IMG/VR virus record: IMGVR_UViG_3300004776_000002
Span: 1-57,849 of that record
Length of the DNA: 57,849 bases
Reading direction: 5' to 3' (one strand)
Source of the DNA: a virus
Taxonomy: Duplodnaviria; Caudoviricetes
Below the pieces are notes generated by a model that saw only the letters and a list, made by a program, of their open reading frames with translations, was not told the DNA's origin and did not search any database. Both the position numbers and the translations under genes were made by a program. Of the stretch, positions 8,413-17,801 are shown piece by piece (within the stretch, counting starts at the first letter, position 1; each line of letters starts with the position of its first letter).

Positions 8413-10944
8413 ATGGATCTATCTATTATAATACCCAGTTTCAAAAGAGCTAATTTATTGCAATATGGACTGCAATCTCTTGTTCGTCAAAAAGTTACTT
8501 TTTCCTATGAAATAATAGTTCTGAATGATGGGATAGTTGACGAGACTCAGAAAGTCTGTGATTCTTTCAAGGATAAATTGAACATACGATATATATTTAC
8601 TGGTCATCGTAACGTTCCTAAACCTGTCTGGCGGATTCCGGGTTTCGCAATTAATATTGGGGCTAAGATGGCTAAGGGTAAGTTTATGATTATTATGTGC
8701 CCTGAGATATATCTTTTAGATGATTGCATTCAGGGTATTGTTGATACTCTCAAGAACAGCAAGAAACAAATAGTTATTACTAATGGTAAAGATGATTTAG
8801 ATGAAACATTCTTAAATCATGTGCGTCGAGGGTTAACACCAGAACAACTGCTTACTTTATATGATGCAAGACCAGAATTAAATACCGAGTTTCCATTCTT
8901 CTTGGGTTTAACCACCAGCGAGTTCATTGATATAGGTGGATACGATGAAGACTTTATTGGAAACTGTTGGGATGATCAAGATATAGTAACTCGGTTGAAA
9001 CAAAATGGTGGAGTGTATGAAAAACTGGCGTATAGAGTAATTCATCTGTATCATTCTCGGATCCGATATGATAATGAAAAGACTAAAGAGATGTGGGACT
9101 ACAACAAAAAGGTTTATGATACCAAACTTGGCACAATAAAGAGAAATGTTGGCAAGGTATGGGGCAACGTAATTCAAGCGCCAGAAACTAGACAGCCAAG
9201 TGAACTAGAAAAATATTTTACGAATATATACGAACAGAATACGTGGAATGGAAAAGAATCGCGGTCGGGTACTGGATCTGATTTAGTTAACACCGCTGCC
9301 CTGCGCCCACTATTGGTAGAATTTATAAACTCTTTAGCAGGAACTTCTCAGGAAATAAACTCTATGCTGGATCTTCCTTGTGGCGATTTTAATTGGATGA
9401 AGGAGATTATTGGACAGTTGAAAATAAAAGAGTACCTAGGTGGGGATATAATACCAACAATGCTCAAAGATAATGAAGTAAGATATGGCGGAATGTCTAT
9501 TGTAACAACCCCAAAATTTGCATATATCAACATGTTAGAAGATGTCCCGCCAAAGGTGGACTTGATACTGTGTCGAGATGGACTTGTTCATTTGTCATAT
9601 AAGAGCGTAATTAAAGTATTAAAGAACTTTATAGCTTCAGGATCAACATTTCTTCTAATGACCGCCTTCACAGACAAAAAACGTTCCTACCCAGACATAA
9701 ATGATGGTGAATGGCGCCCAATAAATTTTCAACTTCCGCCATTTAACTTTCCAGCACCGCGAACTACACTTTTGGAACAATGCACTGAAGGTAGTAATCT
9801 TTTTTTAGATAAGTCTTTAAGCCTTTGGACCTTGAATGATATAAAGCAGGCCTTGGAACCTTCTTTAGTAGTACCCGAAATAGTAGTCGAGGACACCAGA
9901 TATGTAACGTTTGGAACAGATGCTACGCTTAAATATGATGCTGTAGATTCTAAGTTCTGTGTGAATACTTCTAGGAAAATTAAGTTAAAAGTTGCTCATA
10001 TTCACCCCTGGTGGGACAGTGCCGGTGTAGGTATTATTCATGCTCGAATGATGAATAAATATACCAACATAGAAGTACGGCATATAGTAGCCGGTAGTAC
10101 GTGCTTAAATCATGCGCTTGATTTGGTATTGGGAGAACATGACGATAAAATTAGAAAAGTTCTTGCTGATGCAGATATTCTTCACTTCAATACTTTTTGG
10201 TATGATGATATTCAACTTCCAATTAAATTCCCCTGGAAAGATTATGTGACAGGGAAAAAGTTGATTTTTCATATGCATGGTGGGGCTGTTTGCTTTGATT
10301 ACAAGAAGTTGGAAGAAATATCTAAGATTGCTATGATGGTTACTTGTTCACCATTGATACCCAAGTTTATGCCCTTTGCTACGTGGGTACCTAACATTTT
10401 GCCAATTGATGAACAACAATGCCTTCCAAAAACACGGGTTAGCCAAGTGCCAATGAAGTTTTTGCTTCTTGTTAATCATGATCATAATAAGGGCAGAGCA
10501 GAAATAGAGTGGTTGTTTCATAAGTTAACCGCAATTTACGGTTATAATATTCCATTTGAGAGTTGGCTCCATAAATATTCCTATGCGGAATGTCTGGAAA
10601 AGCGGAAAAACTTTGATATTGTCATAGATAATATTACTCAGGGATTTATTGGAATGGTAGGTTGGGAATCTATGAGCCAGGAACAGGTATGCATCGCTCG
10701 GTTGTCTCCTACAGTATTAAAAAATTATACAGAGTTAGGAATGGGAGTAGCGCCACCAATCGTCAATGTGTCAGGCATAGATGAATTAGCTAAGAATATT
10801 CTTGAACTGGTAACGAACAAGGAAAAAGTGCAAGAAATTCAGAAGAATGGTCGAATTTGGATGGAGAAGTACTACAGCCCAAAGAGATTATGTCAATTGT
10901 GGGAAGAACGATACTTAGGAATGATGAAAGGTAAAAATGAGTAA
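8413..10944 (+). CDS. Multidomain GT2 glycosyltransferase + SAM methyltransferase + GT-B glycosyltransferase
   Basis: N-terminal LSIIIPS...IIVLNDG...GGYDEDF.GNCWDDQD; central SGTGS...LDLPCGDF...DLILCRD; C-terminal DIVID...GMVGWESM. Confidence 0.75.
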   Translation: MDLSIIIPSFKRANLLQYGLQSLVRQKVTFSYEIIVLNDGIVDETQKVCDSFKDKLNIRYIFTGHRNVPKPVWRIPGFAINIGAKMAKGKFMIIMCPEIYLLDDCIQGIVDTLKNSKKQIVITNGKDDLDETFLNHVRRGLTPEQLLTLYDARPELNTEFPFFLGLTTSEFIDIGGYDEDFIGNCWDDQDIVTRLKQNGGVYEKLAYRVIHLYHSRIRYDNEKTKEMWDYNKKVYDTKLGTIKRNVGKVWGNVIQAPETRQPSELEKYFTNIYEQNTWNGKESRSGTGSDLVNTAALRPLLVEFINSLAGTSQEINSMLDLPCGDFNWMKEIIGQLKIKEYLGGDIIPTMLKDNEVRYGGMSIVTTPKFAYINMLEDVPPKVDLILCRDGLVHLSYKSVIKVLKNFIASGSTFLLMTAFTDKKRSYPDINDGEWRPINFQLPPFNFPAPRTTLLEQCTEGSNLFLDKSLSLWTLNDIKQALEPSLVVPEIVVEDTRYVTFGTDATLKYDAVDSKFCVNTSRKIKLKVAHIHPWWDSAGVGIIHARMMNKYTNIEVRHIVAGSTCLNHALDLVLGEHDDKIRKVLADADILHFNTFWYDDIQLPIKFPWKDYVTGKKLIFHMHGGAVCFDYKKLEEISKIAMMVTCSPLIPKFMPFATWVPNILPIDEQQCLPKTRVSQVPMKFLLLVNHDHNKGRAEIEWLFHKLTAIYGYNIPFESWLHKYSYAECLEKRKNFDIVIDNITQGFIGMVGWESMSQEQVCIARLSPTVLKNYTELGMGVAPPIVNVSGIDELAKNILELVTNKEKVQEIQKNGRIWMEKYYSPKRLCQLWEERYLGMMKGKNE

Positions 10945-11437
10945 GCCATCATATTTATTTATTACATATCTTAATAGTTTACTTACACCAAATGGCACGG
11001 TATTGGATATTGGGTGTGGAACAAAAGAGATAGCGAAGGAATTGAAGTGTGCTAGAGTTGTTACTTTAGATGTCTGGAAGCCGTTCAATCCAGACATTTG
11101 GTGTGATTTGTCTTTAATTTCAAAGTTACCATGTGAAGACAATACATTTGAGTTGGTATTGTTGATAGATGTGATTGAACATCTGCCTAAAGTCTGTGGT
11201 TTTCGAATACTGAAAGAGGTCAAACGAGTTACTAGTAAATACGTTTTTATACTGACTCCGCTTTGGTGGGATGAAAATATCGTACCTATGAATGATCCCG
11301 AGTCACCCTACTATAAGAATGAGTTTGATAGACATTTAAGTTTGTGGGATGCAGATGACTTGATTGAGTTTGAACAGGTTACATCTATAACCACACTTAA
11401 AAATTATTTTTTAGGTATATGGAGAAAAGATGAATGA
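10937..11437 (+). CDS. Class I SAM methyltransferase
   Basis: VLDIGCG motif I and DVIEHL. Confidence 0.8.
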   Translation: MSKPSYLFITYLNSLLTPNGTVLDIGCGTKEIAKELKCARVVTLDVWKPFNPDIWCDLSLISKLPCEDNTFELVLLIDVIEHLPKVCGFRILKEVKRVTSKYVFILTPLWWDENIVPMNDPESPYYKNEFDRHLSLWDADDLIEFEQVTSITTLKNYFLGIWRKDE

Positions 11438-12002
11438 GAAAATACTGAATCTGACGAATTCAAAGACATCTACAGCAAGCAAAGTCTTTGTTACCGGTAT
11501 TTATGGAAGTGGCAAAAGCTTTTATGCCAAGACCTATGCTAAACAATTTGGGTTGAAATATATAGATTTCGATAAGTACTTTTCTTATGCAAAAATAAAC
11601 CCAAATATATCAGCATCTGCAGAGGACAATTTCTTCAACATTTTATCTGATAGGTTTATCACTGATGCTATTCCATTTGCCGAAAATGGCAGTTCTGCGA
11701 GATTTATACAATATGCTCAAGAGAATGCCATTCTGCTAGTTTGTTGTGTATGTCCAAAAAAGGAAGTTTGGGTTGATCGAATTAAGAAGAAGGAAGAGAT
11801 GAAAGGGAAAAAATGTGCCACGGTCACCATTATGCAGTATGCTGATTTTTGTAGCTTCTATTATAAGAGTTTTCCGGCATATTCTAATCTTAATATAGAA
11901 TACTATGACACCTATATGAATGAATACATTACTCGAGAACAGATGTATGAAAGAATAAGTTGGCTTAAACCACTTTTAGATATAATCTATGAGATATATT
12001 GA
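11430..12002 (+). CDS. P-loop kinase
   Basis: VFVTGIYGSGKS Walker A followed by YIDFD, an NMP/sugar-kinase-like pattern. Confidence 0.6.
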   Translation: MNEKILNLTNSKTSTASKVFVTGIYGSGKSFYAKTYAKQFGLKYIDFDKYFSYAKINPNISASAEDNFFNILSDRFITDAIPFAENGSSARFIQYAQENAILLVCCVCPKKEVWVDRIKKKEEMKGKKCATVTIMQYADFCSFYYKSFPAYSNLNIEYYDTYMNEYITREQMYERISWLKPLLDIIYEIY

Positions 12003-12027
12003 CAGGGTTACTGGAACATGATATAAT
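11981..12027 (+). promoter_or_regulatory. Sigma70-type promoter with upstream TATAATCTAT box
   Basis: TTGACA 11999, 17-nt spacer ending in TGA, TATAAT 12022. Confidence 0.85.
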
Positions 12028-12036
12028 GAGAGGTGG

Positions 12037-12813
12037 TTGATTATGATATATCCATTTCATGCTACCTACAAAAATATGTGGCATTTTACAACTGAAAGCA
12101 TCCTGCCGTGTTTAGACTATTTGCCAGATTACAAAAAAGAAGACACTATACTTGTTCCCAATATCCCATACTATCCTATAGGTTTGGTTAGAAGAGCCCT
12201 GACTGGGTTTAACGTTGTGGAAACAGATACTTTTATTTCGAAGAAATATATGTCCTGTTATATGGCTCTCAGTGGTGTGGAAACAGTAAGAAGGCTCTGC
12301 AAACAACTGATGTCTTATGTAACACCGAAGCAAATAGATAAAGCAGGTAAGCCTTGTATTTACATGAATTTCAGGTTGCACATGAGAAGATGGCTGCCTT
12401 TAAGTAATATACAGACATTGGTGGATAGACTAAAGGATAAGTACACTATTCTATTATGCCTAAATCCTAAGTGTGAAAAGATAACTAACGTTCCTGATAT
12501 AACTGGCGTTATAAAAATATATGATCTTACTTATGAAGAGCAATTGTCCTATGCTATGATTGCCGATTATGCTATATATGGGAATGGCGCAGGCATGATT
12601 ATTCCTAGAATTGTTGGTATGCCCTCTGTTCTAGTGACACCTTGTTTGATAACAGAAACAGCTCCAGTTGGCCCATATTATGGAAAGAACGAAATAGTAG
12701 TCTCTGATAAAAAACTTGATTACAATGCGCAATGGAACTTTGATACGGAAAATGTTTCAGTAGATGCGGTTTTAGAAGCTTTTGATAAAGCTATCAAGAC
12801 GCCGTGGGCATGA
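12037..12813 (+). CDS. Putative GT-B glycosyltransferase (GT61/GT9-like)
   Basis: NMWHFTTE near the N-terminus and LTYEEQL...AIYGNGAGM. Confidence 0.5.
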   Translation: MIMIYPFHATYKNMWHFTTESILPCLDYLPDYKKEDTILVPNIPYYPIGLVRRALTGFNVVETDTFISKKYMSCYMALSGVETVRRLCKQLMSYVTPKQIDKAGKPCIYMNFRLHMRRWLPLSNIQTLVDRLKDKYTILLCLNPKCEKITNVPDITGVIKIYDLTYEEQLSYAMIADYAIYGNGAGMIIPRIVGMPSVLVTPCLITETAPVGPYYGKNEIVVSDKKLDYNAQWNFDTENVSVDAVLEAFDKAIKTPWA

Positions 12814-13376
12814 TGTTAGTTGAGAATGATTTTATTCCAATAATTAGTGGTGTCTTCGGATATTTGGGTTTGAAAGAGGGTTATTTACTATATGAACTGG
12901 CTAGTAAATCAGCCAGTAAGTGTGTATTGGAAGTAGGAGCATTGCATGGATTATCAAGTATATTTTTGGCTATGTCCGGTAAGCAGGTTCTATCCATAGA
13001 TTTGTGGGATGGCAGAAATATTTCTGACGGAAAAAGCTACATAAGTACAGATCTGATAAGTTATATTCGTAATATGACAACCAGAGGATTGTATAATTTT
13101 ATTCCTTTTAAGATGTCTTCCAAACAAGCATCTGAGATAATAACAAATAATTATGATATTGGGTTAATATTTATAGATGGGGCACACGATTATCCTTCTG
13201 TTTGTAGTGATATTCGGAACTGGGAAGTTAGATTAAAGCCAAACACTTGGTTTCTTTTTCACGATTATAACCAACCATGCGGAGTAAAGAAGGCAGTTGA
13301 TGAATGGGTAGAGAAGAACGCTGGCCGAATAAAAGAGAGACTAGATGTATGCAGCATTGTAGGATTTAGAGTATGA
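12804..13376 (+). CDS. Methyltransf_24-like SAM methyltransferase
   Basis: LEVGALHGLS, IFIDGAHDY, FHDY motifs. Confidence 0.8.
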   Translation: MGMMLVENDFIPIISGVFGYLGLKEGYLLYELASKSASKCVLEVGALHGLSSIFLAMSGKQVLSIDLWDGRNISDGKSYISTDLISYIRNMTTRGLYNFIPFKMSSKQASEIITNNYDIGLIFIDGAHDYPSVCSDIRNWEVRLKPNTWFLFHDYNQPCGVKKAVDEWVEKNAGRIKERLDVCSIVGFRV

Positions 13377-14452
13377 ACATTCTAACTATTTTAGGTACGC
13401 GACCAGAAATTATACGTTTATCAAGAATTATTCCTAAACTGGATAAGTTGTGTACTCATACGTTAGTACATACTGGTCAGAATTATGATATTCGATTAAA
13501 TGACATCTTCTTCAAAGAGTTGCGTATTCGAAAACCAGATATTTTTCTTGGAATAATGACAAGTAATTTCGGAGAACAGGTTGGCTGTATGTTCCAGAGG
13601 TTAGAAAGAATATTAGTAGATAAGAAGCCGGATAAGGTTCTGATTTTGGGGGATACAAATAGTGGTTTGTGTGCGATTGTGTGTGAGCGCCTAGGAATAC
13701 CGGTATATCATATGGAAGCCGGAAACCGCTGTTTCGATAAACGCGTTCCTGAAGAAATAAACAGGAAATTAATAGATTCAATTTCATCCTACAATCTGCC
13801 TTATACTAATTTGAGCAAAGAGAATTTGTTGCATGATGGCGTGTCAAAGAACCGAACATTTGTTACAGGGAACCCGATCTATGAAGTGTTGAATTATTAT
13901 TTATCTGATATAAATAAAAGTCAGGTTTTGAAACGTCTGAAATTGAAGTCAGGTAAGTATTTTCTTTCTACTTTTCATCGTGCAGAGAATGTAGATGATC
14001 ACATGACTCTAAAGCAGATAGTTGAGGGTATTTCTCTGATTGCTAATTATTATAAGATGCCGGTTATTTGCAGTATTCATCCGCGTACTTTAGAGAAGTT
14101 ATTGGCAATTAATGCCGATAATCCTAATGTAATCTTTTGTAAACCGTTTGGTCTGTTTGACTTTGTAAAGTTAGAAAAAAATGCCAAATGTATTATTAGC
14201 GATAGTGGCACAATTGCTGAGGAAGCATGCATCTTAAAAACGCCCAATGTTATTATTCGATGCGCAACCGAGCGACCAGAAGTGATTGAATGTGGAAGCA
14301 ATGTCTTGGCGGGTACTAACTGCGATGATATTTTGAGATGCACACAGATAATGTGTTCTATGAATAAGAATTGGGAAATACCTGAAGGATATGATGTAAA
14401 GAATGTATCCAACTGCGTAGTAAAAATCTTGTTAGGAAAGGATGATTTATGA
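13373..14452 (+). CDS. wecB: UDP-HexNAc 2-epimerase (WecB/FnlC/QnlB family)
   Basis: GTRPEIIR, HTGQ, GDTNS, HMEAGNR, PEEINR, HRAEN, SDSG..EEA, TERPE motifs. Confidence 0.9.
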   Translation: MNILTILGTRPEIIRLSRIIPKLDKLCTHTLVHTGQNYDIRLNDIFFKELRIRKPDIFLGIMTSNFGEQVGCMFQRLERILVDKKPDKVLILGDTNSGLCAIVCERLGIPVYHMEAGNRCFDKRVPEEINRKLIDSISSYNLPYTNLSKENLLHDGVSKNRTFVTGNPIYEVLNYYLSDINKSQVLKRLKLKSGKYFLSTFHRAENVDDHMTLKQIVEGISLIANYYKMPVICSIHPRTLEKLLAINADNPNVIFCKPFGLFDFVKLEKNAKCIISDSGTIAEEACILKTPNVIIRCATERPEVIECGSNVLAGTNCDDILRCTQIMCSMNKNWEIPEGYDVKNVSNCVVKILLGKDDL

Positions 14453-15411
14453 AATTAGATATATCAGGGCCAGTTCTTTGTTTTGGGGGTTCAGGTAGTT
14501 GGGGTTGGCAATTAGCTAAAACTCTTTTAGATGATTCAAGTATACCTTCTGTTACTATATTTTCCAGGAATGAGTTTAACCAAGTAAAAATGCAGAGAGC
14601 CTTTAATAACGATAGGTTAAAGTTTATTATTGGTGATGTTAGAGATTATGAAGCAGTTCTTAGTGCATGCGCTAATAAGTGTACTGTGTATCTTTTAAGT
14701 GCGATTAAGCATGTTCCGATTTGTGAGGAACAACCCGATGAGGCAATTAAGACTAATATTATTGGAACACAAAACGTGATTCGAGCTAGTATTGTACAGA
14801 GAGTAGTTAAAGTGGTTGATGTTTCTTCTGATAAGGCTGCTGCCCCGAGTAATCTGTATGGAATGACTAAAGCAGTAGGAGAAAAACTTATTTTGGCTGC
14901 TAATAAACAATTAAATACTCGGTTCAAATGTATTCGGGCTGGAAATGTGTTAGGTAGTAATGGATCTGTGTGCCAGTTATTTATTGATCAGATTAAAAAA
15001 GATAATATTGTCAAAATTACCTCTAAGGGAATGAGTAGATACTTTCTTACACTTCCGCAGGCAATTCGTTTGTTGATAACTGCTTGTGAGTTTGACGCAG
15101 ATATGTTGGTTATGAAGATGCCCAGTTGTCGAATTTATGATTTGGCTAAGGTACTTATCAAGTATCATGGTAACAAAGACACAAGAATTATCGAAACTGG
15201 CATACGACCGGGCGAAAAATTACACGAGTTATTGATTACGGAATGGGAAGCATCAAAAACATATAAATTTGGTGACGACTTCTATGCTATCTCAGATACT
15301 CCCTTGAACCTTCCTAAAGTGGACTTTCCGTTTTATAGTTCAAACTCGCAATCATATATGACGATGAAACAAATTGAAACTATGTTAGGTAAAGGAGGGT
15401 TCTTGAAATGA
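14449..15411 (+). CDS. UDP-GlcNAc 4,6-dehydratase (FnlA/PseB/CapD family)
   Basis: GGSGSWG, GDVRD, KHVP, SSDKA, YGMTK, GNVLGSNGSV, IRPGEKLHE motifs. Confidence 0.9.
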   Translation: MKLDISGPVLCFGGSGSWGWQLAKTLLDDSSIPSVTIFSRNEFNQVKMQRAFNNDRLKFIIGDVRDYEAVLSACANKCTVYLLSAIKHVPICEEQPDEAIKTNIIGTQNVIRASIVQRVVKVVDVSSDKAAAPSNLYGMTKAVGEKLILAANKQLNTRFKCIRAGNVLGSNGSVCQLFIDQIKKDNIVKITSKGMSRYFLTLPQAIRLLITACEFDADMLVMKMPSCRIYDLAKVLIKYHGNKDTRIIETGIRPGEKLHELLITEWEASKTYKFGDDFYAISDTPLNLPKVDFPFYSSNSQSYMTMKQIETMLGKGGFLK

Positions 15412-16256
15412 AAAAAGTTGTTGTATTGGGTAGTAGTGGCATGGCAGGACATATGGTGTATAAATTTTTAGAGACAACTGGTAAGTATAATATTCTGGGC
15501 ATTTCTCGAACGCAAGAGTCAGGAATCACAAGTGAGTTATTTGACATAGAGAATGACTTAGTTGAATGTGTAAAATTTCTAAGTAAATACAAACCAGATG
15601 TAATTATTAATTGCATTGGCGTGTTGGTAAAGTCATCTCAGGATGATCCAACTCGAGCTATATTTACTAATAGTTTTTGGCCGCATGTTCTTGAAGATGT
15701 CAGTCGGGAACTGAACGCCAGACTTATTCATATCAGTACAGATTGTGTATTTGACGGAAAGAATGGTCCCTACAGTGAGACAGATTGGCCCACTGAGAAG
15801 AACTGGTATGGACGTAGCAAAGCCTTAGGTGAGATTGTAAATGATAGAGATTTAACTATTCGAACATCTATTATTGGGCCAGAGTTGAAGGATGACGGTA
15901 CAGGATTATTTGAATGGTTTATGCAACAGACTGGAGAAGTCTCTGGATTTACTAACGTGATGTGGAATGGTATTACAACTTTGGAACTGGCTAAGCAGAT
16001 TTACAGGATCTTGGACACTAACCTTACTGGTCTTTATCATTTGGTTACTGACGTTCCAATTTCCAAAGGTGATCTGTTAGTGGCAATGCAGAATATCTTT
16101 GGAAAGACTGACGTTAAGATAAATCTGACTGTTAATAATAATCAACGAAACAAAGTGTTAATCAATAATCGAATTGATGAGTACGATCCGAAAATACCTA
16201 CATACGAGATTCAACTCATCGAGTTGAAGAATATAAATGAACAACGAAATAATTAA
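15408..16256 (+). CDS. RmlD-like NDP-4-keto-6-deoxysugar reductase (QnlA/WbvR-like)
   Basis: GSSGMAG, ISTDCVFDG, YGRSK, RTSIIGPE motifs. Confidence 0.85.
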   Translation: MKKVVVLGSSGMAGHMVYKFLETTGKYNILGISRTQESGITSELFDIENDLVECVKFLSKYKPDVIINCIGVLVKSSQDDPTRAIFTNSFWPHVLEDVSRELNARLIHISTDCVFDGKNGPYSETDWPTEKNWYGRSKALGEIVNDRDLTIRTSIIGPELKDDGTGLFEWFMQQTGEVSGFTNVMWNGITTLELAKQIYRILDTNLTGLYHLVTDVPISKGDLLVAMQNIFGKTDVKINLTVNNNQRNKVLINNRIDEYDPKIPTYEIQLIELKNINEQRNN

Positions 16257-16572
16257 CAAACCATGGGGAGCTGAGGAAATAATTTGGAGACGAGATCGTT
16301 TTCTATTTAAAATTATACATATCAATAGAAACGAAGTTACTTCTTGGGTATATAACGAGAAACGCAAGGTACTTTTGTGCATAGGTGACAATGCTTGTGT
16401 GTTCTATCAAAACGAAGACATCGGCGTGTGTCTCAGATTGAATGATATAATAGTAGTAAATGCTGATGACAAACATAGAATTCAAGCGTTAGAGAAGGAC
16501 GTTACTCTCGTCGAGTTAAGTATGTCTGGACGTAGTTCCTTTGACAGGGAAAGTACTGCTTCTTCATTCTGA
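16237..16572 (+). CDS. Cupin protein (mannose-6-phosphate isomerase type II C-terminal-like), possibly degenerate
   Basis: KPWG...KIIHIN...HRI...VE pattern. The usual His ligands are partly absent. Confidence 0.55.
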   Translation: MNNEIINKPWGAEEIIWRRDRFLFKIIHINRNEVTSWVYNEKRKVLLCIGDNACVFYQNEDIGVCLRLNDIIVVNADDKHRIQALEKDVTLVELSMSGRSSFDRESTASSF

Positions 16573-16612
16573 ATGTATATATCGCGCAAAATATATTATA
16601 TAGTTCGATAAA

Positions 16613-16659
16613 TATAATCCACAACAGTACTTGACACCGCGACTGCTTCGTGATATAAT
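16613..16659 (+). promoter_or_regulatory. Sigma70-type promoter
   Basis: TATAATCCAC 16613, TTGACA 16631, 17-nt spacer, TATAAT 16654. Confidence 0.85.
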
Positions 16660-16665
16660 AATGTC

Positions 16666-16749
16666 GTGGACGGTGACGCGGTACGTCAAATTAGGCTTAC
16701 GAATATTTTCAGCTCTGATTGCAGCTCAACCAACTGCCCGTTCACACCA
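16666..16749 (+). ncRNA. tRNA-like small RNA ending in ACCA
   Basis: GTGGACGG/CCGTTCAC 8-bp stem plus ACCA and three internal hairpins. The 5' end falls at the predicted +1 of the promoter. Confidence 0.6.
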
Positions 16750-16754
16750 ATAAC

Positions 16755-16801
16755 TATAATCTATGCAATATATTGACAAACCGAACAATCTGTGATAAAA
16801 T
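16755..16801 (+). promoter_or_regulatory. Sigma70-type promoter
   Basis: TATAATCTAT 16755, TTGACA 16773, 17-nt spacer, TAAAAT 16796. Confidence 0.8.
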
Positions 16802-16807
16802 AATTTT

Positions 16808-17040
16808 GGTCGTTAAGCAATGCGTGAATGTCTCATCAACGTTCGCGAAGGGTGGGTACAGAGCTGAGAGGCTGCGATATATGTTTGACCAGCATATCAC
16901 ATTTTCCACCATTGGCTTCCTAAACTTGGAAGGCGCTGTCACCTTGACAAGACATCCAGCGCAGGTTTATTAGTTGATACCTCTGAGAGTGTGGATAGAG
17001 CACTCCAGTATTAAACAACTAACTAAGATAGAGTTTTCTT
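16808..17040 (+). ncRNA. Candidate structured RNA or long structured leader
   Basis: A series of stems (GGTGG/CCACC, CTTCC/GGAAG, GCGCTG/CAGCGC, TTAGTTG/CAACTAA) followed by a pyrimidine tract, with no convincing SD-led ORF. Confidence 0.45.
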
Positions 17041-17440
17041 TCTTTCTTTCTCATCCTAGTGATGATTTTGGACTTCTCTATCTTGGAAATTTAGAAAGAT
17101 ACATAATGAAACTTAAACTTACATACATACGATTACCAAAAGGCACCAAAGGGTGCATAGAACAATCACACTACGACTTACATACAGTAGAAAAAGAATC
17201 ATTAAATATAGCGTGTATACTGACAAATAAAAATGGCGCTAAACTTATCAGAAGTTGGATTGAAAAACATAATGCCATATATAGACACAAATAAACCACA
17301 CTTTATTGGAAAGAAGTTCATACCATACGCCGTACGACGTGATGAGTTTGGTTATGTCGTGGAATGTGCTAGGTGTAATATTAAAAATAGTTGTAGAAAA
17401 TGTTTATTTACAAGCAGTTGTTTTTGCAAAGGAGGCTGTT

Positions 17441-17614
17441 ATGGGAGTAACAAAGATTAGAACTGCAACACAGAAGGAACAAGTATGTTGTGAATGTAAG
17501 AAAATAATAAAGAAAGGTGAAAAGTACGCTGACACAGATATTAAGTTAGCTCCACCAAAACCTTTCCCAACTAGCAAGTATTGTCTTCCTTGTTCAGAGA
17601 AGATTGCTAAATAA
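17441..17614 (+). CDS. Small zinc-finger protein
   Basis: GGAGG SD before ATG 17441; CCEC...CLPC. Confidence 0.5.
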   Translation: MGVTKIRTATQKEQVCCECKKIIKKGEKYADTDIKLAPPKPFPTSKYCLPCSEKIAK

Positions 17615-17801
17615 GAAGACAGACAATTTAGTGTTAGTAGAACGAGTTAATGAAGAAAAGTTTAAACTAAGAACAGCTTATTTAGTTTATAGAAATGGCA
17701 GTCTGATTAAGACGACAGATGGAATTGTGCAATTCTTTTTTGACAAGAAGACAGCAAAAGAATTTATCAGACTGTTGAAGATACAAAAGTGAGATGTCGA
17801 G

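Noticed and set aside
16666-16749. Calling this a standard tRNA (including tRNA-Sec or tRNA-His)
   Set aside because: It has no 7-nt anticodon loop, no TTC T-loop and no long variable arm, so it is reported as a mimic instead.
16942-16957. CTTGACA/GACATC in the second RNA as an antisense guide to the GATGTCGAG motif
   Set aside because: Only 6-7 nt of complementarity, which is expected by chance.
16719-17105. ORFs 16719..16973 and the 5' part of 16974..17294
   Set aside because: They have TTG starts without SD and run across a promoter and structured RNA. The latter more likely starts at ATG 17106.
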